The translations under genes were made by a program, and so were the position numbers. 64,000 nucleotides of DNA from Desulfuromonadaceae bacterium (GTDB taxonomy: Bacteria; Desulfobacterota; Desulfuromonadia; Geobacterales; Pseudopelobacteraceae), in contig JAQTRC010000003.1 in NCBI GenBank assembly GCA_028712665.1, positions 12,927 through 76,926 on the forward strand, written 5' to 3'. Shown here piece by piece: positions 11,705 to 20,860 of the stretch; within the stretch, counting starts at the first letter, position 1, and every line of letters begins with the position of its first letter. Under the pieces are notes generated by a model. It did no database searches. It was not told the origin of the DNA and was given only the letters and a program-made list of their open reading frames with translations.

Positions 11705-13983
11705 CATCAGCCGATGCATCCCTGCAGACAACAGTTGTTCTCCGCATGACAGAACCGCCCCGCATCATCGAAGTCGCCATTCCACTTTATCTGGACAGGA
11801 CTTTTCACTATCTGGTGCCTGAGAGACTCCTGGCAGAGGCCCTGCCCGGCCGGCGCGCCCTGGTTCCGTTCGGGCGGCGAAAGCTGACCGGCTACATCCT
11901 GGGGAGTCCGGCAGAGTCACAGGTCGAGAAGCCGAAAGAAATTCTGGAAGTGTTGGACAGTGAGCCTCTCTGGACCGGGAATGAGTACGAGTTTTTCCGC
12001 TGGGTGGCGTCTTATTATATGCATCCTCTCGGAGAAGTTCTGAAGACGGCGCTGCCGGCAGGCATAAATGTGCAGAGCCGCAAAGGGAGCTCCGGAGAAA
12101 ATGCTGCGCTGACCGTCGGAAAATCTGCACGCCGCGAAAAATTCTATCTCCCTGGGCACGGCTTGGAGCCTGCCAGATCGCCCGGTTCGAAGGCGCTGGA
12201 AATACTGATGGTCATCCGCGAATCCGGCGACCTGCCGGCGGAGATACTGAGAAAGAGGTTCGGCAACCCTGCTCCACAGCTGAAGAGACTCTGCGAACTC
12301 GGATTGGTTTCGGTTGAAGAGCGGGAAGTATACCGCGATCCTTTCAAAAACCATACAGTGACTCGTGATGAACCTCGAATTCTGCATACACATCAAAAAA
12401 GAGCCCTTGAGGCCATTTCCTCCTCTCTTGACCTGAATAAGTTTATGCCATTTCTACTGTATGGAGTTACCGGCAGCGGCAAGACTGAAGTATATCTGCA
12501 AGCCATCTCTAACGCCCTTAACCATGGGAAAAGCGCCCTGGTGCTTGTGCCGGAGATTGCGTTGACACCGCAGCTGACCGGGCGTTTCCAGGCCCGCTTT
12601 GGAGGGGGTATCGCAATTTTGCACAGCGGTCTCTCCGATGGCGAGCGTTATGATGAATGGCGGCGCATCAGGCGCGGTCTGGCTCGGATTGTCATCGGCG
12701 CCCGTTCGGCCGTTTTCGCCCCCTTGGAAAAGATCGGCATCATCATTGTAGATGAAGAGCATGAAGCCTCCTTCAAACAATCGGACGGCTTACGCTACAA
12801 TGCCCGGGATCTCGCACTGCTGCGCGGCAGAATGGAGCGGGCTGCCGTAGTGCTCGGTTCGGCTACACCACTGGTCACCAGCATCCATGCTGCCGCCGAA
12901 GGGAGGCTGACGCTGCTGGAACTGCCGGAGCGGGTCGAGAAACGCCCGATGCCTTCGGTTGATCTGATTGATATGAAGGGGAGCAAGGAGACCATCTCGG
13001 CGCCGCTCGGATTATTACTGGCTCAAACGGTCGAAAGCGGCCAGCAGGCCATTGTATTTCTGAACCGGCGGGGATTCGCCACATTTCTGCTCTGTAACGA
13101 CTGCGGGAAGCTGCTGGCCTGTCCCAACTGCTCGGTCACACTCACCTATCATCGCCAGCGAGGCCAGAGCGTCTGTCATTACTGCGATTATTCCGTTCCT
13201 GCGCCAGGCACCTGTCCATCCTGTGCTGCTGCCGAACTCAAAGAGCTGGGCGCAGGTACTGAAAAACTGGAACAGAATCTGAGAGAACAGCTCCCCAATG
13301 CGCGGATACTCCGGATGGATAGCGACACTACCTCCGGCAAGGGAAGCCACGAGCGCCTCCTTTCAAAGATGAACGACGGCACGGCCGATATTCTGGTCGG
13401 CACTCAGATGATCGCCAAAGGGCATGATTTTCCCGGTGTGACCCTTGTCGGGGTTATCAACGCAGAGACGAGCCTGGGGATGCCTGACTTCAGGGCGGCA
13501 GAACGGACCTATCAGCTTCTCTCGCAGGTCATCGGTCGGGCCGGGCGCGGCGAGAAACCGGGCCGGGTGCTTCTCCAGGCTTATGACACGGAACATTACG
13601 CTATCCGCTCGGCCGCCTCGCATGACGCAGCCCGGTTTTACACCCAGGAGCTGGAATTTCGCCGTGAGGCCGGCTACCCACCGTTCACGTTTCTTGCTCT
13701 CCTCGGCATTTCAGGCCTTTCCGAACAGACGGTTTCCGAGCATGCAGAAGAGACAGCCAGACTTCTGGCTCGTATCAAACTGGATCTAAAGGTTCGTATC
13801 GAACTGCTCGGTCCGGCGCCCTCTCCAATCTATCGCCTTCGGGGGCGATACCGCCGCCAGATTCTTCTAAAAGCGGCGACACGCGCCGACCTGCATCGCC
13901 TGATTCTGACCTGGCGACAAAAATCATGCGCCGTTTCGACGATCCGGGTGACAGTTGATATCGATCCGGTTGATTTAATGTAA
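11701..13983 (+). CDS. priA: primosomal protein N' (replication restart helicase)
   Basis: 760 aa. Contains Walker A GVTGSGKTE, DEEH, Cys-rich zinc motifs (CNDCG..CPNCS..CHYC..CPSC) and a C-terminal domain. The start is uncertain (GTG at 11701 or ATG at 11746). Confidence 0.93.
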   Translation: MTSADASLQTTVVLRMTEPPRIIEVAIPLYLDRTFHYLVPERLLAEALPGRRALVPFGRRKLTGYILGSPAESQVEKPKEILEVLDSEPLWTGNEYEFFRWVASYYMHPLGEVLKTALPAGINVQSRKGSSGENAALTVGKSARREKFYLPGHGLEPARSPGSKALEILMVIRESGDLPAEILRKRFGNPAPQLKRLCELGLVSVEEREVYRDPFKNHTVTRDEPRILHTHQKRALEAISSSLDLNKFMPFLLYGVTGSGKTEVYLQAISNALNHGKSALVLVPEIALTPQLTGRFQARFGGGIAILHSGLSDGERYDEWRRIRRGLARIVIGARSAVFAPLEKIGIIIVDEEHEASFKQSDGLRYNARDLALLRGRMERAAVVLGSATPLVTSIHAAAEGRLTLLELPERVEKRPMPSVDLIDMKGSKETISAPLGLLLAQTVESGQQAIVFLNRRGFATFLLCNDCGKLLACPNCSVTLTYHRQRGQSVCHYCDYSVPAPGTCPSCAAAELKELGAGTEKLEQNLREQLPNARILRMDSDTTSGKGSHERLLSKMNDGTADILVGTQMIAKGHDFPGVTLVGVINAETSLGMPDFRAAERTYQLLSQVIGRAGRGEKPGRVLLQAYDTEHYAIRSAASHDAARFYTQELEFRREAGYPPFTFLALLGISGLSEQTVSEHAEETARLLARIKLDLKVRIELLGPAPSPIYRLRGRYRRQILLKAATRADLHRLILTWRQKSCAVSTIRVTVDIDPVDLM

Positions 13984-14008
13984 TTGTATTTTTACTGCCT
14001 CGGAACAG

Positions 14009-15214
14009 TTGCGGAAATTAATTTGTCTGTTAGAGTTTACAGCGCGGAATAATTTCGTCCTATGCGAGGTCTGCGTGTCTGCTCAAAACTCCCCGATCCA
14101 CACCGACATAACAATACTCTTCGTTGAGGACGAACCCGCGACACGGGAACAGGTTTCGCGGGTTCTCGCCACACTGGGTTATCATCTTGTTGTCGCTGAA
14201 AACGGCAAAGAAGGACTTGACTCCTATATCGAGAACCCCGCGGATATAATCCTGACCGACATCATGATGCCCAAGATGAACGGCCTCGAGATGGCACGCA
14301 GAATTCGCGCCATCTCTTCAGATGCCCAGATCGTATGCATGACCGCCTTTAGCGACACAAGCGATCTGATCGAAGCGATTGAAATCGGCGTGAACCAGTT
14401 CGTACTCAAACCGGTTGAATTCAGTCATCTGCTGACAGCTCTCGACCGCTGCCGGGAAGTGATCGAACTGAAAAAAAGACACCGCAATCTGGAAGCCGAA
14501 AAACTGCGTGCAAGAAAGATGGAAGCTATCGGCATTCTTGCCGGTGGCATGGCACATGATTTCAACAATCTGCTCCAGGTAATACTGGGATATGTATCAC
14601 TGGCACGGATGAATGCCGAACCGGGCAGCAAGACTTTCGAATTGCTCGGAATCGCCGAGAATGCTTCCGAAACGGCCCGGGAGCTTGGCAAGCGTCTTCT
14701 GATTTTTGCCAAGGGGGGCGATGCCCACACGCAGACAACCGACATTAAACCTCTCATCAGAACCGCAATAGATGAAGAGCTTAGCGGATCTGGAGTTAAT
14801 TACTCCATTGAGATGCAGGAGAACCTCCCTCCGCTCAGAGTCGACATAGAACAGATTAAGCAGGTTTTTGCGCAACTGGCAGCCAATGCCCGGGAAGCGA
14901 TGCATCAAGGAGGTTTGCTCCGGATATCGGCTTCGACCATAAGCATCTCCAGAGAAGACAGCCTGCCAATTGAACCGGGAGAATATCTGCACATCGTTTT
15001 CGAAGATTCCGGAGTCGGGATCAAACCCGAAGACCTTCCAAATATTTTTGACCCCTACTTCACTACCAAGGAGATGGGATGCCAGAAAGGAATGGGGCTC
15101 GGACTGGCCCTCAGCCATTCAATAATCAGACACCATAAAGGCCAGATACTGGCGGAATCAACACCGGGAGAAGGAACCCTTATGCATATCTACCTGCCGG
15201 TTTCCGCTCCATAA
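14009..15214 (+). CDS. response-regulator receiver / histidine kinase fusion protein
   Basis: Receiver domain (ILFVEDEP...LTDIMMPKMNG), then an H-box (GGMAHDFNNLL) and HATPase_c (G-box GMGLGLA). The start is more likely the GTG at 14075 than the TTG at 14009. Confidence 0.85.
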   Translation: MRKLICLLEFTARNNFVLCEVCVSAQNSPIHTDITILFVEDEPATREQVSRVLATLGYHLVVAENGKEGLDSYIENPADIILTDIMMPKMNGLEMARRIRAISSDAQIVCMTAFSDTSDLIEAIEIGVNQFVLKPVEFSHLLTALDRCREVIELKKRHRNLEAEKLRARKMEAIGILAGGMAHDFNNLLQVILGYVSLARMNAEPGSKTFELLGIAENASETARELGKRLLIFAKGGDAHTQTTDIKPLIRTAIDEELSGSGVNYSIEMQENLPPLRVDIEQIKQVFAQLAANAREAMHQGGLLRISASTISISREDSLPIEPGEYLHIVFEDSGVGIKPEDLPNIFDPYFTTKEMGCQKGMGLGLALSHSIIRHHKGQILAESTPGEGTLMHIYLPVSAP

Positions 15215-15247
15215 TATAAAACCCGCCGATTCATTTTCCGCCTTCAG

Positions 15248-15285
15248 ACAACAAAGGCCGCTCTGTTCAAAGCGGCCTTTGTTGT
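15248..15285 (+). terminator. 15-bp perfect hairpin, probable terminator
   Basis: ACAACAAAGGCCGCT, 8-nt loop, AGCGGCCTTTGTTGT. It lies between the kinase gene and the ABC exporter gene. Confidence 0.55.
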
Positions 15286-15351
15286 GACATCAGACCATAA
15301 TTCTGTTAAGGTGCTCAACATCATTTATTTGAATCGCACGGACATATTCTT

Positions 15352-17232
15352 ATGAATCACAGCGGCATCTACGAAGAAGAAATAACCGGCAAAGCCTATG
15401 ACGGCGCGCTGCTGAAGCGTTTCGCCGGATACGTAGCTCCATATCGGGCCTCTATCGCCCTTGTGGTCCTGATTCTGCCGCTGGTGGCGGCCTGCCGTCT
15501 TGCCCAGCCCTGGATTATCAAGCTGGCCATAGACGGCCACATCATGACAGGAAAACTGACCGGGTTGGAAACCATTGCGCTGGCCTTCCTCGGCATCCTG
15601 CTGATCGAATCTCTGCTCTCTTTTCTGGAGGTCTACCTGCTGCAGTCGGTCGGGCAGAGGGTTATGTCCGACATGCGCTCGGAACTCTACCGTCACGTAA
15701 TGCACCTTCCTGTCACCTGGTTCGACAGGGTACCGGTCGGCAGCGCAGTCACACGCCTGACAAGTGATGTCGAGGTGCTCGGCGAGATGTTTGCCTCCGG
15801 CATCATCACCATCATCGGCGACATCCTGTTACTGATAGGTATTATCTCGGTCATGCTCTGGATGAATCTGAAACTCTCCCTGGTAACATTTTCCATTCTG
15901 CCGGTCCTCTTTTATGTGGCCTACGTTTTCAGGCGCCGGATGCGCCAATCTTTTCGGGAAGTGCGGGCCCGCCTCGGCTCTCTTAACGCCTTCCTCAACG
16001 AGTGCATCTCAGGCATAAGCGTTATACAGACATTTAACTGCGAGCGGGATGAGGAACGGCGTTTCAGCGAATTGAACGCATCATACCGCGATGCCAACAT
16101 GCCGGTCATCTTCTGGGATGCCTCACTTTACGCAATGGTTGAGGCGCTCTCATCTATTGCCGTAGCCTTGATTATCTGGTACGGCGGCGGAGAGATCGTC
16201 CGGGGCGCCCTCACCTTCGGCGTTCTGGTTGCCTTTATCCAGTACATAGAAAAATTCTTTTCACCCATCCGCGACCTCTCCGCCAAATATTCGGTAATGC
16301 AGGGTGCAATGGCCGCTATGGAGAGGATATTTGCGCTCCTGGACACACCGGCTCTTAACCCACTCTCCCATTCCCCCCTTCAATCTTCCTCCCGCGAAGG
16401 GGGGAAGCAAGGCTTGCTCTCTCCATCCGGGAGAGAGTTGGAGAGAGGTGCGGAAAGGGTTGGGGTGAGGATGGAGCCCGGCGGCACTGATCCGCTCCAG
16501 ATTCCTCCCCTGATAGAATTTCGCAATGTCTCCTTCTCCTACCAGGAGGGGAACGATATCCTGAAAGAGTTCAATCTTTCCGTTAATCGCGGTGAGCGCG
16601 TAGCACTTGTCGGAGAAAGCGGCGGCGGCAAAACCACCATCACCCGCCTTCTGGCCAGGCTTTATGAAATCGAACGGGGCAATATCCTTATAAACGGAAA
16701 CAATATCCGCGACCTCTCGCTGGATGATGTCCGCAGACGCATAGGCGTAGTGCTCCAGGACCCCTGCCTCTTCGCAGGAACCATCGAATTCAATATCTGC
16801 CTTGGAGATGAACCGGCCCGCCGCAGGGTTCGTCAGGCAGCAACTGCGGTCGGTGCTGATCGCTTTATTGAGCTGTTACCGAATGGGTATGATGAAGAAG
16901 TGCGTGAACGGGGCAACAACTTCTCGGTCGGCGAAAAGCAATTGATCTCATTTGCCCGCGCGGTGGCATTCGATCCGGAGATACTTGTCCTGGATGAAGC
17001 CACCGCCAGTATCGATTCAGCCTCCGAGCAAATGATACAGGAGGGTATCAGGGGTATGATGCAGGGGCGTACATCGCTCATCATTGCACATCGACTCTCG
17101 ACTATCCAGAACGCTGATCGTATCGTTACGATCCATCACGGAATCAAGGTTGAAGAAGGTACTCATGAAGAGCTTATCAACGCCCAGGGAGTATATTACA
17201 AACTTCACCAGCTGCAGTTCAATGGGATATAA
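15352..17232 (+). CDS. ABC exporter, fused permease/ATPase (MsbA-like)
   Basis: 626 aa. Six-TM domain, then Walker A GESGGGKTT, signature FSVGEKQ and Walker B ILVLDEA. The TMD-NBD linker carries a repeat-derived insert. Confidence 0.9.
   Translation: MNHSGIYEEEITGKAYDGALLKRFAGYVAPYRASIALVVLILPLVAACRLAQPWIIKLAIDGHIMTGKLTGLETIALAFLGILLIESLLSFLEVYLLQSVGQRVMSDMRSELYRHVMHLPVTWFDRVPVGSAVTRLTSDVEVLGEMFASGIITIIGDILLLIGIISVMLWMNLKLSLVTFSILPVLFYVAYVFRRRMRQSFREVRARLGSLNAFLNECISGISVIQTFNCERDEERRFSELNASYRDANMPVIFWDASLYAMVEALSSIAVALIIWYGGGEIVRGALTFGVLVAFIQYIEKFFSPIRDLSAKYSVMQGAMAAMERIFALLDTPALNPLSHSPLQSSSREGGKQGLLSPSGRELERGAERVGVRMEPGGTDPLQIPPLIEFRNVSFSYQEGNDILKEFNLSVNRGERVALVGESGGGKTTITRLLARLYEIERGNILINGNNIRDLSLDDVRRRIGVVLQDPCLFAGTIEFNICLGDEPARRRVRQAATAVGADRFIELLPNGYDEEVRERGNNFSVGEKQLISFARAVAFDPEILVLDEATASIDSASEQMIQEGIRGMMQGRTSLIIAHRLSTIQNADRIVTIHHGIKVEEGTHEELINAQGVYYKLHQLQFNGI
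16355..16475. repeat. palindromic REP-like element inserted in frame in the ABC exporter linker
   Basis: Two hairpins: CTTCCTCCCGCGAAGGGGGGAAG and CTCTCTCCATCCGGGAGAGAG. They are followed by GGGTTGGGGTGAGG and encode SPLQSSSREGGKQGLLSPSGRELERGAERVGVRM. Confidence 0.7.
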
Positions 17233-17238
17233 ACCAGG

Positions 17239-17267
17239 CCGTATGCAACTAAAGTTGCATACGGTTT
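17239..17267 (+). terminator. rho-independent terminator after the ABC exporter
   Basis: CCGTATGCAACT, loop, AGTTGCATACGG, followed by TTT. Confidence 0.7.
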
Positions 17268-17350
17268 ACAAACCTGATATTTTTGCTCAATAAGTACCTT
17301 TAGTAATTATTTTTCGTACTTACCCATTTTATCTGAGCCAGGAGTTTCTC

Positions 17351-18250
17351 ATGTGCACAACCTGCGGCTGCCCTGCCGGCGAAGATCACCACCACGAAGA
17401 TCATCATCAGAGCCATAGTCATGACCATAATGACGAGCAGAGCCACGATCACGACCATGCCCACAATGGTGCGATTCACAGGCACCCCCATAAGCATGGG
17501 CATAGCCACGAACATCGTGAAAAGGGAGATCAAACGGCCCATCATCATGGACACGACCACCCCCATGACCATCATCACCATGAGAAAGAGAGCGTAGTAC
17601 GCACGGTTATCTCGATAGAAGAAGATATCCTCTCCAAAAACAACCGTCTGGCATCCTTTAATCGCGCCCTCTTCAAAGAAAAGGGAATTTTTGTCCTCAA
17701 CCTGGTAAGTTCCCCTGGATCCGGTAAAACAAGCATTCTGGAGCATACCTTGCGCGACCTGTCCGGAAAGCTTCGCTTTGCCGTCATAGAAGGAGATCAG
17801 CAGACCGATAACGACGCCAAGCGCATCGCCGCCACAGGTGTTCCGGTGCGCCAGATCAATACCGGCGCCGGATGCCATCTGGACGCCCACATGATCATGC
17901 ACGGCACAGAGAATTTTGATCTCGACAACCTGGACGTCCTGCTGATCGAAAATGTCGGCAATTTGGTCTGCCCGGCCGCATTCGATCTGGGAGAACATCA
18001 CAAGGTTGCCGTTCTTTCCGTCACGGAAGGTGAGGATAAACCTCTCAAATATCCGCATATGTTCCGTAATTCGACCGTCATGCTTTTGAATAAGATCGAC
18101 CTGCTGCCACATCTCGATTTTGATCTGGAAAAGTGTACTGAATACGCGCGCCGCATCAATCCGGGTATTGTCATCTTTGAACTCTCGGCCCGGAGTGGCG
18201 AGGGGATGGAGGCCTGGTACCAGTGGCTGACAGCCGGGACACGACACTGA
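17351..18250 (+). CDS. hypB: hydrogenase nickel-incorporation GTPase HypB
   Basis: N-terminal CTTCGC nickel site, a ~75-aa His-rich tract, then a G3E GTPase (SSPGSGKTS, ENVGNLVCP). Confidence 0.95.
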   Translation: MCTTCGCPAGEDHHHEDHHQSHSHDHNDEQSHDHDHAHNGAIHRHPHKHGHSHEHREKGDQTAHHHGHDHPHDHHHHEKESVVRTVISIEEDILSKNNRLASFNRALFKEKGIFVLNLVSSPGSGKTSILEHTLRDLSGKLRFAVIEGDQQTDNDAKRIAATGVPVRQINTGAGCHLDAHMIMHGTENFDLDNLDVLLIENVGNLVCPAAFDLGEHHKVAVLSVTEGEDKPLKYPHMFRNSTVMLLNKIDLLPHLDFDLEKCTEYARRINPGIVIFELSARSGEGMEAWYQWLTAGTRH

Positions 18251-20628
18251 CATATCGTCGGCTCGACACTATACAGGGCATCGTTCAGGGGGTCGGATTC
18301 CGTCCTTTTGTTTATCGCCTGGCGCATGAACTCGGCTTGACCGGCTGGGTACGCAACACTCCAGCCGGGGTACTGCTTGAGATACAAGGTCCCGAAAACC
18401 TGCTGACCGCATTTGATGATGCAGTGCAAAATTCTCTGCCACCCCTGGCGGTAATAACATCCCATACCAGCCGGGATATCCCAACTATTGAAGAGGACTC
18501 TTTCAGAATACTCCCAAGCGCCGAAGGTGAAGCCGACATACAGATCGCCCCGGACTCCGCAATTTGTTCCGACTGCCTGCGGGAACTTTTTGATCCGACC
18601 GACCGGCGCTTCCGTTACCCGTTCATAACCTGCACAAACTGCGGCCCACGTTACAGCATCATCACCGGGACACCCTACGACCGCCCCAAAACCACCATGG
18701 CGGATTTCCCGCTCTGCCCGGAATGTTTGCGTGAATACAATGATCCTCTGGATCGGCGCTTTCATGCCCAACCGATTGCGTGCCATAGCTGCGGGCCGCA
18801 GGTGCGACTGGTAAAATCCCCCTCCCCGACCCTCCCCCTCCTGGGGAGGGAGCATTGCTCCTCCACCCAGCGGGGGGAGGTCGGAAGGGGGGAAGACGCC
18901 ATCAACCAGGCCATTTCCCTGCTTCAGCAAGGCTCTATCCTGGCTATCAAGGGGATCGGCGGCTACCATCTGGCCGTAGATGCCTGCAACCACGACGCAG
19001 TCCGGCAATTGCGGTTGCGCAAGAAGCGCGATGAAAAGCCGTTCGCCGTGATGGCGCAATCCCTTGAAGAAGCCAGAAAACTGGCTTTGATGAACGAGAT
19101 GGAAGAGCGTCTGATCTGTTCTCCGGAAACCCCGATTGTCATTGTCAGAAAACGTTCCGGATCTCCCGTGTCGTCACTGGTGGCCCCCGATAACGGCTGG
19201 GTCGGAGTGATGCTGCCGTATGCGCCGCTGCACCATCTGCTTTTTATGGGTACAGAAAAGGTTTTGGATTTTCCCCTTCAACCTTCAACCTTGAACCTTC
19301 AACCTTCCTTCACCGCTCTCGTCATGACAAGCGGCAATATCTCCGACGAACCGGTTGCCTTCGAGGATCGTGATGCCCTGAATCGCTTGTCCGGAATCGC
19401 CGACTACTTCCTGATTCACGACCGGCCCATACATATTCGCAGCGATGATTCTGTTATGCGCGTTTTTCAGGGGAGGCCGCTTTTTTATCGCCGCGCCAGG
19501 GGGTATGCCCCGCGCGCAGTAAAGCTTCCATTTCAGGTCGAGCCATTACTGGCGGTCGGGGCAGAATTAAAGAACGCCGTCTGCATTGCCAAAGGTGACA
19601 GGGCGTTCCTCAGCCAGCACATCGGCGATCTTCAGAATATTTCATCATACGACTCATTCTGTCATACTATTGAACATTTGTCCTGCATTCTTGAGATCAG
19701 GCCGTCCATCATTGCGGCTGATCTCCATCCGGATTACCTCTCCTCTCGATTTGCCGAAGATAGCGGCCGGCCGTTCATCAAAGTGCAGCATCATCATGCC
19801 CATTTAGCTTCCTGCATGGCTGAGAACGGGCTGGATGGCGACGTGATCGGAGTCATATTCGACGGCACCGGTTACGGATCTGACGGCACAATATGGGGGG
19901 GAGAGTTTCTCGTGGGCGGTTATGATGGTTATTGCAGGGCTGCACATTTCCGGGAAACTCCACTACCTGGTGGAGATGCCGCTGTCCGGGAACCATGGCG
20001 CATGGCCATGTCATATCTTCACCAGGCGTACGGCGATGCCGCTTTCAGGCTGGATCATCCTGTAGCGCGTCAACTCCCCGCAGAGGAACAGGGGATTTTT
20101 ACAACCATGCTCTGTCGCGGCCTCAATTCGCCGATGACCTCCAGTTGTGGCCGACTTTTTGATGCTGTTGCCGCACTGTTAAACTTACGACATAAAGTGT
20201 CGTATGATGGGCAGGCTGCAATTGAACTTGAGGCGCTGGCGGAAACAGTTGAGGATGTGGTTGCAGTGAGTTATCGATACACAATTTTATTCCATGATGA
20301 AGGCCCTGCAGAGCTGGACTTTTCCCCGATGTTTCGGGAAATTTTAGCCGATATGAATGCCGGCATACCGATCACCATAATCGCACTACGTTTTCATACC
20401 ACAATTGCTTCCGCCACTACTGACATCTGTCTGAATATCTCCGGCTCTTCCGGCCTTGACCGGATTATTCTCTCCGGCGGTGTTTTTCAGAATCGTCTTT
20501 TGACTGAATTGGTGTATACTGCCTTGGTAAAAAGGGGTCTACAGGTATTCACCCACCGTCTGGTCCCGCCGAACGATGGCGGTATCGCGCTGGGTCAAAC
20601 TGCTATCGCAGGAAGGAGAAAAATCTGA
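18223..20628 (+). CDS. hypF: carbamoyltransferase HypF
   Basis: 801 aa. Acylphosphatase domain (VQGVGFRPFVYRLA), two CxxC zinc-finger pairs, YrdC-like domain (IKGIGGYHLA) and Kae1-like domain. Start uncertain (GTG at 18223). Confidence 0.95.
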   Translation: MADSRDTTLTYRRLDTIQGIVQGVGFRPFVYRLAHELGLTGWVRNTPAGVLLEIQGPENLLTAFDDAVQNSLPPLAVITSHTSRDIPTIEEDSFRILPSAEGEADIQIAPDSAICSDCLRELFDPTDRRFRYPFITCTNCGPRYSIITGTPYDRPKTTMADFPLCPECLREYNDPLDRRFHAQPIACHSCGPQVRLVKSPSPTLPLLGREHCSSTQRGEVGRGEDAINQAISLLQQGSILAIKGIGGYHLAVDACNHDAVRQLRLRKKRDEKPFAVMAQSLEEARKLALMNEMEERLICSPETPIVIVRKRSGSPVSSLVAPDNGWVGVMLPYAPLHHLLFMGTEKVLDFPLQPSTLNLQPSFTALVMTSGNISDEPVAFEDRDALNRLSGIADYFLIHDRPIHIRSDDSVMRVFQGRPLFYRRARGYAPRAVKLPFQVEPLLAVGAELKNAVCIAKGDRAFLSQHIGDLQNISSYDSFCHTIEHLSCILEIRPSIIAADLHPDYLSSRFAEDSGRPFIKVQHHHAHLASCMAENGLDGDVIGVIFDGTGYGSDGTIWGGEFLVGGYDGYCRAAHFRETPLPGGDAAVREPWRMAMSYLHQAYGDAAFRLDHPVARQLPAEEQGIFTTMLCRGLNSPMTSSCGRLFDAVAALLNLRHKVSYDGQAAIELEALAETVEDVVAVSYRYTILFHDEGPAELDFSPMFREILADMNAGIPITIIALRFHTTIASATTDICLNISGSSGLDRIILSGGVFQNRLLTELVYTALVKRGLQVFTHRLVPPNDGGIALGQTAIAGRRKI
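18816..18892. repeat. nested palindromic C/G-rich element inserted in frame in hypF
   Basis: ATCCCCCTCCCCGACCCTCCCCCTCCTGGGGAGGG...GGGGGGAGGTCGGAAGGGGGGAA. It encodes SPSPTLPLLGREHCSSTQRGEVGRGE between the zinc-finger and YrdC domains. Confidence 0.7.
19275..19309. repeat. CCTTCAA-type heptamer tandem repeat (5 units) inside hypF
   Basis: CCTTCAA CCTTCAA CCTTGAA CCTTCAA CCTTCCT, translated as FPLQPSTLNLQPSF just before the conserved VMTSGN motif. Confidence 0.8.
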
Positions 20629-20629
20629 C

Positions 20630-20860
20630 ATGTGTCTTGGCGTTCCGATGAAAATTCTGAGTAAAGAAGGTGACAGCGTCATTGCCGAAGTTGATGGCGT
20701 GCAGAGAGCGGCGAGCGTCATGCTGCTGGGTGAAGATGTAACCGTTGGGGACTATGTTATCGTTCATGCCGGTTTTGCTATTTCGAGGCTTGATGAAGAA
20801 TATGCCGTGGAGACACTGCGTCTGATGCGGGAAGTCTTTTTAAGCGAGGATATGGCATGA
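20630..20860 (+). CDS. hypC: hydrogenase assembly chaperone HypC
   Basis: The ATG at 20630 gives MCLGVPMKI, the invariant HypC N-terminus, with an AGGAGA ribosome-binding site upstream. The ORF-track start at 20576 is too early. Confidence 0.93.
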   Translation: MCLGVPMKILSKEGDSVIAEVDGVQRAASVMLLGEDVTVGDYVIVHAGFAISRLDEEYAVETLRLMREVFLSEDMA

